The notes below the pieces were generated by a model. The model was not told where the DNA came from. It saw nothing but the letters and a program-made list of their open reading frames with translations, and did no database searches. From an uncultured Thermoleophilia bacterium (GTDB lineage: Bacteria > Actinomycetota > Thermoleophilia > Gaiellales > Gaiellaceae): DNA of 64,000 nucleotides. The position numbers and the translations under genes are program-made. The stretch covers positions 8,703 to 72,702 of the forward strand of contig CAVRLG010000001.1 in the NCBI GenBank assembly GCA_963722035.1, written 5' to 3'. Below are positions 8,695 through 18,037 of the stretch, in pieces (the stretch's first letter is position 1; each line of letters begins with the position of its first letter).

Positions 8695-10898
8695 TGCCGA
8701 CCGCGCCGCTCGTCTCCGTGCTTCTGGCCGTCCACAACGGTGAGCCGTACCTGCGAACGGCTATTGAAAGCGTGCTCCGGCAGACGGTGACCGACCTCGA
8801 ACTCCTCGTCGTCGACGATGCTTCGACCGACGCCACGCCTGCCGTTCTCACAGGGATCCGCGACGGACGGCTACGAGTGCTGCGAACGGACGAGCGGCAG
8901 GGTCTCGCGCGCTCTTTGAACCGAGGGCTCGACGAAGCCCGGGGACGATTCGTCGCTCGCCTGGATGCGGACGATGTGGCTCTGCCGGCTCGGATCGAAG
9001 AGCAGCTGCGTCGGGTTCGATCCCGTCCGACCGTGGCCATCGTCGGCTCGGCCGTGATGGAGCTCGACGACGCCGGGCGGCTAGGGCCCTCCCATGCGAT
9101 GCCTACCGGGCCGGCTGCGGTGCGCTGGGCGACGCTCTTCAGCTCTCCCTTCTTCCATCCGACGGTTCTCGTCGAGCGGCGCGTGCTCGAAACTCACGGC
9201 CTGCGGTACGACGTCGACTTCGAGGAGAGCGAGGACTACGAGCTGTGGGCGCGTCTGCTCGAGGTGGCCGATGGAGACAACCTTCCCAGGCCCCTCGTTC
9301 TCTACCGTGTGCACGCGAGCCAAGCCTCGCAGCGCCGCCGCGAGCTCCAACGCGCGTTCCAGCTCCGCGTCGCCCGTCGTCAGATCGCAGACCTCGCTCC
9401 GACGCTCTCGCCAGCCGAAGTCGAGCTTGCGTGGCAGATCGGTGTTGCCGAGAAGGTCGACCCAGCCGAGGCCGATGCTGCCGCCACTGCGTACGTCGAG
9501 CTCGCACGCAACTTCGAGCGAGCATGGGGAGGCGCGGCTCGCTCCCGGGCGGCCCGAGACCTGGCGCGACTGGCGGCTCGAACGTCCGGAGCCACCCGCG
9601 CTCGGATTCTCGGACACGCGCTGCGTCTCGATCCCGCATTTGCGGTGCAGGTCGTGCGGGCACCACGTCGTCGACGGGAGCTCGTCGCACGGGTTCGACC
9701 CGAAGCCGAGGCGTGGCTGGCGAGGCTTGCAGCGCCTGGTTCTCCGTCGCCGATCCGTGTTGCGGCCGTGTTTCCCGAGCCGACGCCGTACCGCGCCCCA
9801 CTGCTCGATCGAATCGCGGCGCTTCCCGATATCGACCTCACCGTCGTCTACGCCGCCGACACTGTGGCTCGGCGCACGTGGCGAGTCGAGCCCAAGCATC
9901 GCGCCGTGTTTCTTCGCGGTCTGCGCGTCCCCGGAGCGCAGAAGATCCTGCACCATGACTACCCGCTCACGCCCGGCATCGTTCGTGCACTCACCGACGC
10001 GAGACCGGCGGTTGTGGTCGTGTCCGGCTGGAGCACCTTTGCTGCCCAGGCCGCAATCACGTGGTGCGGGCTCACGGGCGTGCCGTACGTGCTCGTCGTG
10101 GAGAGTCATGACGAAGGGCCGAGAGCAGCCTGGCGTCGGGGGATCAAGGGGACGGTGATCCCGTCTGTCGTGCGGCGCGCGTCGGGCATCCTCGTCACCG
10201 GGACGCTCGCGCGCAACTCGATGATCTCGCGAGGCGCTGCGCCCGAGCATGTGCGCGTCTTTGCGAACACGATCGATGTCGAGGGGTTCGGAGAGCGGGT
10301 CGACCGACTCGAAGCGAGGCGTTCTGAGCTTCGCGGCAACGTCGGCGCGGCCGACGACGACGTCGTCGTCCTCTCGGTAGCGCGGCTCGCGCCGGAGAAG
10401 CGGCTCGATGTCCTCGTCCAGGCGGTTGCCGCGGCGACTGACTCTCGTCTGCTCCTCCTTCTAGCAGGAGACGGGCCGGAGCGCACACGGCTCGAAAGGC
10501 TCGCGCAAGAGCTCGATGTACGCGTGGTGTTCGCAGGGGACACGGATTGGGAGAAGATCGTCGAGCACTATGCGGCCGCCGACATCTTCGCGCTCCTGTC
10601 CGAGAGAGAGCCGTGGGCGGTCGTCGTCAACGAGGCGGCGGCGTGCGGGCTTCCGCTCGTTCTCTCGGATCGCATCGGGGCAGCTCACGATCTCCTTCGC
10701 GATGGCGAGAACGGCGTTCTCGTGCGTGCTGGTGACGTGGATGCGGCGGCGAGGGCACTCCGTGACCTCGCCGCCGATCCCGAGCTGCGTCGAGCCCAGG
10801 GCGCTCGTTCGCGGGAGCTCGCCCGAGACTGGGGCTACGGACCGAGCGTCGAGGGATTCCTGGCCGCGGTTCGCGAAGCCGTCGATCATCTAGCCTGA
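8694..10898 (+). CDS. Two-domain glycosyltransferase: N-terminal GT2 fused to C-terminal GT4
   Basis: Intact 734-aa ORF. The N-terminus has VSVLLAVHNGEPYLRTAIESVLRQT, LLVVDDASTD and ARLDADD. The C-terminus has LLLAGDGPERTRLERLA and SEREPWAVVVNEAAACGLPLVLSDRIGAAHDLL. Confidence 0.85.
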   Translation: MPTAPLVSVLLAVHNGEPYLRTAIESVLRQTVTDLELLVVDDASTDATPAVLTGIRDGRLRVLRTDERQGLARSLNRGLDEARGRFVARLDADDVALPARIEEQLRRVRSRPTVAIVGSAVMELDDAGRLGPSHAMPTGPAAVRWATLFSSPFFHPTVLVERRVLETHGLRYDVDFEESEDYELWARLLEVADGDNLPRPLVLYRVHASQASQRRRELQRAFQLRVARRQIADLAPTLSPAEVELAWQIGVAEKVDPAEADAAATAYVELARNFERAWGGAARSRAARDLARLAARTSGATRARILGHALRLDPAFAVQVVRAPRRRRELVARVRPEAEAWLARLAAPGSPSPIRVAAVFPEPTPYRAPLLDRIAALPDIDLTVVYAADTVARRTWRVEPKHRAVFLRGLRVPGAQKILHHDYPLTPGIVRALTDARPAVVVVSGWSTFAAQAAITWCGLTGVPYVLVVESHDEGPRAAWRRGIKGTVIPSVVRRASGILVTGTLARNSMISRGAAPEHVRVFANTIDVEGFGERVDRLEARRSELRGNVGAADDDVVVLSVARLAPEKRLDVLVQAVAAATDSRLLLLLAGDGPERTRLERLAQELDVRVVFAGDTDWEKIVEHYAAADIFALLSEREPWAVVVNEAAACGLPLVLSDRIGAAHDLLRDGENGVLVRAGDVDAAARALRDLAADPELRRAQGARSRELARDWGYGPSVEGFLAAVREAVDHLA

Positions 10899-10902
10899 TT
10901 CG

Positions 10903-12123
10903 ATGGCCCAAGGCAGTGCGCGTCCGCGAATCCTCGTCCTGAACCAGTACTACTGGCCCGGTGTCGAGGCCACCGCCCACCTGCTCACCGAGCTGTGTGA
11001 GGCTCTCGCGGAGGATTACGACGTCGAAGTCGTGACGGGCGTTCTTCACGGCCATGAGGACGAGCCGCACGAGATCGAGCACAACGGCGTCCGCATCACT
11101 CGAGTCGCCTCGACGTCCTACGAGCGCTCCGCTTTGGGCAGGCGCGCGGTGAACTACCTCTCGTACCTCGGATCGGCTCTCAGCCACGCATTGAGCAGCC
11201 CCCCGCCGGACCTCGTCCTGTGCATGACCGATCCACCGATCATCGGCGACCTCGGAGTCATCGTCGGGCGAAGGGTCGGAGCGCCGGTCCTCGTCATCAG
11301 CCAGGACGTCTTCCCGGAGATCGCGACCGAGCTCCACCGACTCCGGAACCCCGCGGTGATCGGCGTACTGGGGGCGCTCGTCGGCGCGTATCTCCGTCGC
11401 GCGGACCGAATCGTCGCGATCGGCGAGACCATGCGCGAGCGCCTGGAGGCCAAGGGGGCGCCGCCGGAGCGCCTGCGCGTCATCCCGAACTGGGTCGACA
11501 CCCGGGCGATCACGCCGCAGCCTCGCGACAACATGTGGGCGAAGCAGCACGAGCTCACCTCCAGCTTCGTCGTCATGCACTCGGGCAACGTCGGGCACGC
11601 TCAGGATCTCGACAGCCTCGTACGGGCTGCGACGTTCCTCCGAGACCGGAACGACCTCCGGATCGTGATCGCGGGATTCGGTGCCCGCCACACCGAGATG
11701 GTCGCCCTGGCGGCACGGCTCGAGGTCGAGGAGACGGTGCGCTTCCTCCCGTACCAGAAGCGTGAGCGGCTGCCACTGTCGCTCTCGAGCGCCGACATTC
11801 ACGTGGTCGGTCTGGCGAAGGGACTTGCCGGTTACGTCGTCCCGAGTCGTCTCTATGGGATCCTCTCCGCGGGACGTCCTGTGATCGTCGCGGCCGAGCA
11901 CGAGAGCGAGACCGCTCGACTCGTCGCCGAGATCGGGTGCGGCGTAGTCATTCCGCCGGCTCGACCCGAACTGCTCGCCCGCACCATCCGAGAGGCTGCG
12001 GATGGAGCTTTCGACCTCGACGAGATGGGTCGCCGGGGTCGGGAGTACGTCGAGGACGAAGCCGACCGCGTGGTCGCGATGGAGCGCTATCGGGCCCTAG
12101 TACGCGAGATGCTCGCCGCGTGA
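10903..12123 (+). CDS. Glycosyltransferase family 4, WcaI-like
   Basis: Intact 406-aa ORF with the N-terminus RILVLNQYYWPGVEATAHLLTELCEAL, typical of WcaI-type GT4 enzymes. Confidence 0.85.
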   Translation: MAQGSARPRILVLNQYYWPGVEATAHLLTELCEALAEDYDVEVVTGVLHGHEDEPHEIEHNGVRITRVASTSYERSALGRRAVNYLSYLGSALSHALSSPPPDLVLCMTDPPIIGDLGVIVGRRVGAPVLVISQDVFPEIATELHRLRNPAVIGVLGALVGAYLRRADRIVAIGETMRERLEAKGAPPERLRVIPNWVDTRAITPQPRDNMWAKQHELTSSFVVMHSGNVGHAQDLDSLVRAATFLRDRNDLRIVIAGFGARHTEMVALAARLEVEETVRFLPYQKRERLPLSLSSADIHVVGLAKGLAGYVVPSRLYGILSAGRPVIVAAEHESETARLVAEIGCGVVIPPARPELLARTIREAADGAFDLDEMGRRGREYVEDEADRVVAMERYRALVREMLAA

Positions 12124-13247
12124 TCGCCAAGGCGGTGTTCTGGGGCTCGCTCAAAGCCCTCGCCTGGACACACGCGGGTTACCCGGCGGCAATGGGAGTG
12201 CTCGCGCGCCTCCGGCCGAGACCGGTGAGCAAGGCGGAGATTACCCCGACCGTTGCGCTCATCGTCTCCGCGCACGACGAGGAGGCGGTGATCAGGCGGC
12301 GTGTCGAAAACTTGCTCGAGCTCGACTATCCGCCGGAGCGGCTCGAGATCGTCGTCGCCTCCGACGGTTCGACGGATCGGACAGATGCGATCGTCAACGA
12401 GATCGCAGCACGCGAGCCACGTGTTCGGCTACTCGAGTGCCCGCGCGAGGGAAAGGTGGCCGCCCAACATCGCTCCGTTCGCGAGACCTCGAGCGACGTC
12501 CTCGCTTTCACGGACGCAAACACGGAGTGGAAGCCCGACGCCCTCCGGATGCTCGTTCGGAACTTGGCAGACCCCGAGGTCGGCTACGTGTGCGGGCAGC
12601 TCCGGCTCGAGAGCCCTGACGGCGCGAACATGGAGGGCAGCTACTGGCGCTACGAGATGTGGGTTCGCGCGCAGGAATCCGAGTGCAGCTCGATCACGGC
12701 GGGCAACGGCGCGATCTATGCGGTGCGGCGGGACGCATACGTGGAGGACGACCCGAAGTTCGGCCACGACTTCGGCTTTCCGTACCTGATGGAGCAGGCG
12801 GGTCTTCGGGCCGTGTACGAGCCCGAAGCAGTCGCTGTAGAGAAGCCGGCCGCAGAGCCCGAGGACGAGTACGGTCGCAAGGTCCGCACGATCGCACGGG
12901 CTCTCGGGCACATCCTCACCGGCCGGATCTTCCGACGCACGCGGCCGCTGTACATGGCCGAGCTGATCTCCCACCGCGTGCTGCGCTACTCGACGGGCCT
13001 CCTGCACATCGCGCTGTTCGTCTCGAACGTCGCTCTCCTTCGCCGTGCGCCTTTCTACCGGCTCTTCTTCGCGCTCCAGCTCGGCGGGCTCGGTCTGGCA
13101 GCTGCCGGACGAGCGCGCCTCCCGATCCCCGGAGCTGGGCTTGCCTACTACTACTACGTCGTGACGAAGGCGACGGTCGCCGCGCTCGTTGGGTACCTGC
13201 GCTCGGGCACGCCGCAGATGTGGGACAAGGCCAAGGGGACGCGCTGA
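12120..13247 (+). CDS. Membrane-anchored GT2 glycosyltransferase (synthase-like)
   Basis: GTG 12120 overlaps the upstream stop (GTGA). ALIVSAHDEEAVIRRRVENLLELDYP, LEIVVASDGSTDRT, FTDANTEW. C-terminal hydrophobic helices (LLHIALFVSNVALL, FFALQLGGLGLAAAG). Confidence 0.8.
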   Translation: MIAKAVFWGSLKALAWTHAGYPAAMGVLARLRPRPVSKAEITPTVALIVSAHDEEAVIRRRVENLLELDYPPERLEIVVASDGSTDRTDAIVNEIAAREPRVRLLECPREGKVAAQHRSVRETSSDVLAFTDANTEWKPDALRMLVRNLADPEVGYVCGQLRLESPDGANMEGSYWRYEMWVRAQESECSSITAGNGAIYAVRRDAYVEDDPKFGHDFGFPYLMEQAGLRAVYEPEAVAVEKPAAEPEDEYGRKVRTIARALGHILTGRIFRRTRPLYMAELISHRVLRYSTGLLHIALFVSNVALLRRAPFYRLFFALQLGGLGLAAAGRARLPIPGAGLAYYYYVVTKATVAALVGYLRSGTPQMWDKAKGTR

Positions 13248-13828
13248 ACCGCGTAGCCGACGTCGTCGTTGCCGCAACCGGCCTCGTTCTGACGAGCCCG
13301 ATCCTCGGAGCCGCTGCGCTGGCGACCAAGCTCGACGGCGGCGGGCCGGTTTTCTATCGCCAGACGCGTGTCGGCAAGAACGGCGAGGACTTCGAAGTCC
13401 TGAAGCTGCGCTCGATGGTCGTGGGAGCGGAACGCCTTGGCGCCGGGTTTGCGGTCGACCAGGGCGACGCTCGAATCACGCGCGTCGGCCGGTTGCTCCG
13501 GAGAACCTCGATCGACGAGCTTCCCCAGCTTTGGAACATCCTTCGAGGCGACATGAGCGTGATCGGGCCGCGGCCGACGCTTCGGTATCAGGTCGAGCAG
13601 TACGACGAGAGCCAGCGCCGCCGGCTCGACGTCAGGCCGGGGCTCACGGGTTGGGCGCAGGTTCACGGACGCGCATCTCTCCCGTGGGCCGAGCGAATCG
13701 AGCTCGACGTCTGGTACGTCGACCATCGTTCGCCGCGCATCGATCTGGAGATCCTGCTCAGAACGCCGCTGGCTCTCTTCCGTGGGACGTATCGCGGTGC
13801 GACGGGGGGCTGGCACCGAGAGGGCTAG
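13220..13828 (+). CDS. Small phosphoglycosyl transferase (bacterial sugar transferase, PglC-like)
   Basis: FYRQTRVGKNGEDFEVLKLRSM, IDELPQLWNILRGDMSVIGPRP, PGLTGWAQV. Start is uncertain; GTG 13220 is the nearest in-frame start before the N-terminal helix ADVVVAATGLVLTSPILG. Confidence 0.85.
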   Translation: MGQGQGDALNRVADVVVAATGLVLTSPILGAAALATKLDGGGPVFYRQTRVGKNGEDFEVLKLRSMVVGAERLGAGFAVDQGDARITRVGRLLRRTSIDELPQLWNILRGDMSVIGPRPTLRYQVEQYDESQRRRLDVRPGLTGWAQVHGRASLPWAERIELDVWYVDHRSPRIDLEILLRTPLALFRGTYRGATGGWHREG

Positions 13829-13839
13829 GGGAGACCCTG

Positions 13840-14004
13840 AGAACTCCGTTCAGAATGAGCGACCATGTCGCGATGCGGCGCTGGACGCCGTGATGCGGCG
13901 TCCTCAGTCGCGCCAATATTCAAGAATATTGGCGCTCCCTGCGTCCTTGCCTCACGGCGTCCATCATCCGCCTCGCGACGGGCGATCATCCTCAACGAAG
14001 TTCT
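13840..14004. repeat. Palindromic intergenic element, copy 1 of 3
   Basis: Core 13854..13991 (AATGAGCGACCATGTCGCGA...CTCGCGACGGGCGATCATCC) aligns along its length with 31070..31209 and 40089..40224. Outer arms AGAACTCCGTTCAG / CTCAACGAAGTTCT pair with each other. Apical hairpin GCGCCAATATT-CAAG-AATATTGGCGC. Confidence 0.85.
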
Positions 14005-15182
14005 TTGCCGCGAGCAGCGACCGGTAGAGCCGATCCACGTCGTCCACGAGGCGCGAGACCGCGTAACGCTCGAACATATGCGAGCGTCCGGACTCGCCGA
14101 ATCGAGCCCTGAGCTCCGGGTCTTCGGCGAGCTGCGCGAGGCGGTCAGCGGCGCCCTCGGTGTCACCGGCCTCGACGAGGAAGCCGTCGACGCCGTCTCG
14201 CACGACATCGGGAACGCCCCCGACCCGGTTTGCGACGACTGGCGTGCCTGACGCGAGTGCCTCGATGGCACTCACCGGCGTTCCCTCGTTCACCGACGGG
14301 AGGACGAACGCGTCGAACAGGCGGTAGTAGCCGGCGACGTCGGACTGGTAGCCGACGAAGTAGCAGGCGCGTGCGATGCCGAGGTCGTGCGCGAGCTGCT
14401 CCAGCCGCTCGCGGTCGGGTCCGTCTCCGACCATGCAGAGGACGGCGTCGACTGCCGCGCTCGCGCGTCGCGCGCACGATCTCGAGCACGGCGCCGGTGT
14501 CCTTGACGCCCGTCATTCGCCCGACCCAGCCGATGACGAACGCTTCGAGCGGAATGCCGTAGAACCGGCGGTAATCGTGGTCGGCGGTCGGGTCGCCGAG
14601 GCGATCCTCGAGAGGGATGCCGAGGCGGATCACGGCGAACTTGTCTCGAGGGGCGACGCCGTGCTCGACGAGCTCGTCTCGCACCTCCGGGCTGACGGCG
14701 ATGAGCACATCCGAGCTGCGGGCGAGGCTTCGCTCGACCTGCCGGAAGAACGCAGTCCTGCCGGGCCCGAAGTAGCCCTTGAGGACATGTCCGTGGAAGG
14801 TGTGGACGACGATGGGAGGCCGCGCACTTCCAGCGAGAAGTGCCGCAGCCCGTGCGATCGCCCCGGCCTTCGCTGTGTGCGTGTGCAGGATGTGCGGGCG
14901 CTCACGGCGGATCAGTGCGGTCATATGTCGAACCGACCTGGCGTCGTGTAGCACCGAGACCTCACGTTGAAGCTCCGGGATGCTCACGACGTCGACTCCG
15001 AGCCGCTCGGCGAGGAAATCCATCGAATCCTCCCCTCGTGCGAGGCTGCCCGCGACGAGCGTCGTGTGGTAACCGCGCGTCTCCAGCCCGGCGGCGAGGT
15101 TGGCGACGTGGATCGCCGGGCCGCCCATGTTCAACCGGGCGATGACACGAAGGATGCGGATCGGCTCGGCGGTCGCGGGCAC
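13964..15182 (-). pseudogene. Glycosyltransferase family 4, one +1 frameshift near 14455
   Basis: ORF 14163..15182 is GT4-like up to GVKDTGAVLEIVRA. The sense resumes in ORF 13964..14434 (VDAVLCMVGDGPDRERLEQLA...LPSVNEGTPVSAIEALASGTPVVANRVGGVPDVV). The last about 9 codons and the stop lie inside repeat copy 1. Confidence 0.7.
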
Positions 15183-15236
15183 GGCGTCTCACGTTAGCGG
15201 GGTCGCTCCAGAGTCCTCCGAGTACCCTCTTCGCTC

Positions 15237-16208
15237 GTGATGGTCTTGTTCACCTGCGCGGGCCAGCGCGTCGACATCGTCAAGGCGTTTCAGGCTGCCG
15301 GAGCGGTCGCGCTCGGCGCTGACGCGGATCCGCTCGCTCCGGCCCTGTACCACGCGGATCGTCGGGCGATCGTCCCTCGAATCGCCGATCCCGGCTACGT
15401 CAGGGCTGTCGCGGAGCTCGTGCGGGAGCACGACGTTCGCCTCATCGTTCCGCTGAACGACCTCGACCATCCCGTGCTCTCCCGCGCGCGTAGTGAACTG
15501 ACGCCGGCCCTGCTCCTCCTTCCCGATGCCGACGTCTGTGCCCGCATGTCGGACAAGCTCGAGGCACACCGCTTCTTCGTCGAGAACGGCGTTCCGTCAC
15601 CGCGGAGCTGGCAGCCGGAGGATGCGCCCGCCGATGCGCGATACCCAGTGCTCGTCAAGGCCCGCGAGGGATTCGGATCGCGCCACATCTATCGCGCAGA
15701 CGACGCCGAGCAGCTCGACTTCTTCCTGCGCTATACGACCGCTCGTTCGTTCGTCCAGGAGCAGTGCCTCGGCGAGGAGTTCTCGATCGACGTGTTCAGC
15801 GACATGGAAGGGCGCTGTCTCAACGCGATTCCACGGACGATGCTGCTCTCGAAGGGTGGGGAGTCGATCAAGGGAGCATCCCTCCAGGACGAGGAGCTGA
15901 TCGCACACGGCGCACGCGTCGCCGAGATCGTCGGAATCAAGGGCCCTGCAAACGTGCAGTGCTTCCGCGAGCCTGACGGGAGCCTTCCGGTGACCGACGT
16001 GAACACGCGCTTCGGCGGCGGCTTTCCGCTTCCGCTGGCAGCGGGGAGCAGGTATCCAGAGCTTGCCCTCGCGCTCGCCCGCGGCGAGCGCCCAGAACCC
16101 CGGCTCGGGGAGTTCGAGGAGGGTGTCTTCATGACGCGCTTCTTCTCCGAGGTCTGTCTCGAGCCAGACGGCGACGGGTCGCTCCGGCCCTTCCTGCCTC
16201 TCCCCTAG
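15237..16208 (+). CDS. ATP-grasp domain enzyme
   Basis: Intact 323-aa ORF. YPVLVKAREGFGSRHIY, EEFSIDVFSD, ANVQCFREPDGSLPVTDVNTRFGGG. Layout resembles carbamoyl-phosphate-synthase-L-type ATP-grasp ligases. Confidence 0.8.
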   Translation: MMVLFTCAGQRVDIVKAFQAAGAVALGADADPLAPALYHADRRAIVPRIADPGYVRAVAELVREHDVRLIVPLNDLDHPVLSRARSELTPALLLLPDADVCARMSDKLEAHRFFVENGVPSPRSWQPEDAPADARYPVLVKAREGFGSRHIYRADDAEQLDFFLRYTTARSFVQEQCLGEEFSIDVFSDMEGRCLNAIPRTMLLSKGGESIKGASLQDEELIAHGARVAEIVGIKGPANVQCFREPDGSLPVTDVNTRFGGGFPLPLAAGSRYPELALALARGERPEPRLGEFEEGVFMTRFFSEVCLEPDGDGSLRPFLPLP

Positions 16209-16220
16209 CATTCCCGAGCT

Positions 16221-17138
16221 ATGCGCTACGTCGTCACCGGTGCTGCCGGGTTCATCGGCTCGCAGCTTCTACGCACGCTTCTAGAGCGAGGGCACGACGC
16301 GACGGGCTGGGATGCGTACACCGATTACTACGATCCGGCTCTGAAGGAAGAGAACGCGCGCGGCTTGCCCGTCGCGAGGATCGATATCGGCGAAGGCCCG
16401 CTCGATCTTGACGGTGTCGACGGTGTCTTCCACCTCGCCGGCCAGCCCGGTGTGAAGAGCTTCGGGAGCGTCTTCCCCGTCTACGTTCGACACAACGTGC
16501 TCGCGAGCCAGCGGTTGTTCGAGGCCGCGGTCGAAGCGCGCGCGCGCACGGTTTTCGCGTCTTCGTCGTCGGTGTACGGCGACGCTGCGTCGTACCCGAC
16601 GCCGGAGGACACAACGCCGCGGCCGCTCTCTCCGTACGGGATCACGAAGCTCGCAACCGAGCATCTCGCCGAGGCGTACCGGCAGGAGTTCGGGCTCGAC
16701 GTCGTCACGCTTCGCTACTTCACGATCTACGGGCCTCGGCAGCGGCCTGACATGGCTTTCGCGCGGATGGTCTCCCGTCTCACGGAGAGTCGCCCGTTCG
16801 AGCTCTTCGGCGACGGGACGCAGTCCAGAAGCTTCACGTACGTCGACGATGCGGTCGAAGCGACGATCGGCGCGATGGAGGGTGCGAGCGCGGGATCGAC
16901 CCTCAATGTCGGCGGGGGCTCGGAGGTGTCCATGCTCCAGGCGATCGAGGCGCTCGGCTCGATCGCAGGGCGTCGTCTCGAGCTCGTCCGGTCGCCGCGC
17001 CGCGAGGGGGATGCAACGCGCACGGCTGCCGATACCTCCCGAATTCGGGACGAGATCGGCTGGACGGCGCGAACTTCGTTCGAGGAAGGACTTGCCGCTC
17101 AATGGCGTTGGGCCGCTGATAGGGTCGCGGCCGCATGA
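16221..17138 (+). CDS. NAD-dependent NDP-sugar epimerase/dehydratase (extended SDR, GalE/UDP-GlcA 4-epimerase-like)
   Basis: VVTGAAGFIGSQL, SSSSVYGD, YGITKLATE (YxxxK), RYFTIYGPRQRPDMA. Confidence 0.88.
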   Translation: MRYVVTGAAGFIGSQLLRTLLERGHDATGWDAYTDYYDPALKEENARGLPVARIDIGEGPLDLDGVDGVFHLAGQPGVKSFGSVFPVYVRHNVLASQRLFEAAVEARARTVFASSSSVYGDAASYPTPEDTTPRPLSPYGITKLATEHLAEAYRQEFGLDVVTLRYFTIYGPRQRPDMAFARMVSRLTESRPFELFGDGTQSRSFTYVDDAVEATIGAMEGASAGSTLNVGGGSEVSMLQAIEALGSIAGRRLELVRSPRREGDATRTAADTSRIRDEIGWTARTSFEEGLAAQWRWAADRVAAA

Positions 17139-18037
17139 CGGACGTCCATACGGCTTCGGAGCTGGAGGACGAGCAGGAAGTCGATCTCTCGTCCGCCTGG
17201 CGGCGCCTCAAGCTGCGGTGGTGGCTGCCGATCGGCGGTCTCCTCGTCGGCGCCGTCATCGGGCTCGCGCTGGCGCTGTCGGGCGGATCGGTCTGGCGCG
17301 CACAGACGATCGTCTACCTCGGCCAGCCTTTCGCTCCGCTCGGCGGCGGGCAGATCCAGAGCCTCGCGACGAACCCTCGGACAGTGGGAGAGATCATCCG
17401 CTCCGAGTCCGCGCTCAAGGAGGTGTCGGACAAGACCGGAATCCCTGTGTCGCAGCTCCGGTCCTCGATCTCGACACGCGAGCTCCTCGCGGCGGGGCAG
17501 CTCCGAGGCATCAATCCGCTCATCGAGATCACCGTCAAGGGCTCGGGCAAGCGAAAGGTCGAGCTTGCCGCCGCCGAGCTCGCAGAGCGCGTCGCAGAGC
17601 GCGTTTCTGTCTATGTGACCGAGAAGGTCGAGCTCCTCGAGCGGCAGGTCGCCGTGAGCGAGGCGCAGCTCGCGGCGGTGGAGTCACGAATCGCGACTGC
17701 CCAGCGCCAGCAGGACGCCCTCATCACCGACACGTCGATCCCGCTCGACCAGCGACTCCTCCTGAGCGCGAACTTGAACTCCGTGATCACGACCGCTGAT
17801 GCCCGCAGAACGTCCCTTCAGGACGACCTCTTCGAGGCAGGCCAGCTGCTCAATCTTGCGGAGAGCGTCGAGTCGAGCCGCGTCGTCGAGCCTTCGGCCG
17901 CGAGCAAGACGACCGCGCGTTCGAGCCGGACCTCACTACTCGTCGGTGCGCTGATCGGTCTCCTGGTCGGTGCCATCGCTGCACTCGTCGCCGAGCCGAT
18001 CGCGGTTCGCCGGCGTGGTGCCTCGCCGTCGGCCTGA
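17135..18037 (+). CDS. Wzz-like polysaccharide chain-length determinant (no kinase domain)
   Basis: ATGA overlap with the upstream gene. TM helices near both ends (WWLPIGGLLVGAVIGLALAL; LLVGALIGLLVGAIAALVA) flank a coiled-coil-rich segment. Confidence 0.7.
   Translation: MTDVHTASELEDEQEVDLSSAWRRLKLRWWLPIGGLLVGAVIGLALALSGGSVWRAQTIVYLGQPFAPLGGGQIQSLATNPRTVGEIIRSESALKEVSDKTGIPVSQLRSSISTRELLAAGQLRGINPLIEITVKGSGKRKVELAAAELAERVAERVSVYVTEKVELLERQVAVSEAQLAAVESRIATAQRQQDALITDTSIPLDQRLLLSANLNSVITTADARRTSLQDDLFEAGQLLNLAESVESSRVVEPSAASKTTARSSRTSLLVGALIGLLVGAIAALVAEPIAVRRRGASPSA

Noticed and set aside
13865-14251. Short ORFs starting at the conserved ATG inside each palindromic element (MSRCGAGRRDAASSVAP.., MSRGRAGRHDAASSVAP.., MSPGGARRPDASSSVAP..)
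   Set aside because: The similarity is only what the nucleotide conservation dictates. The frames diverge after the variable apical hairpin because of indels, so no conserved peptide is encoded.
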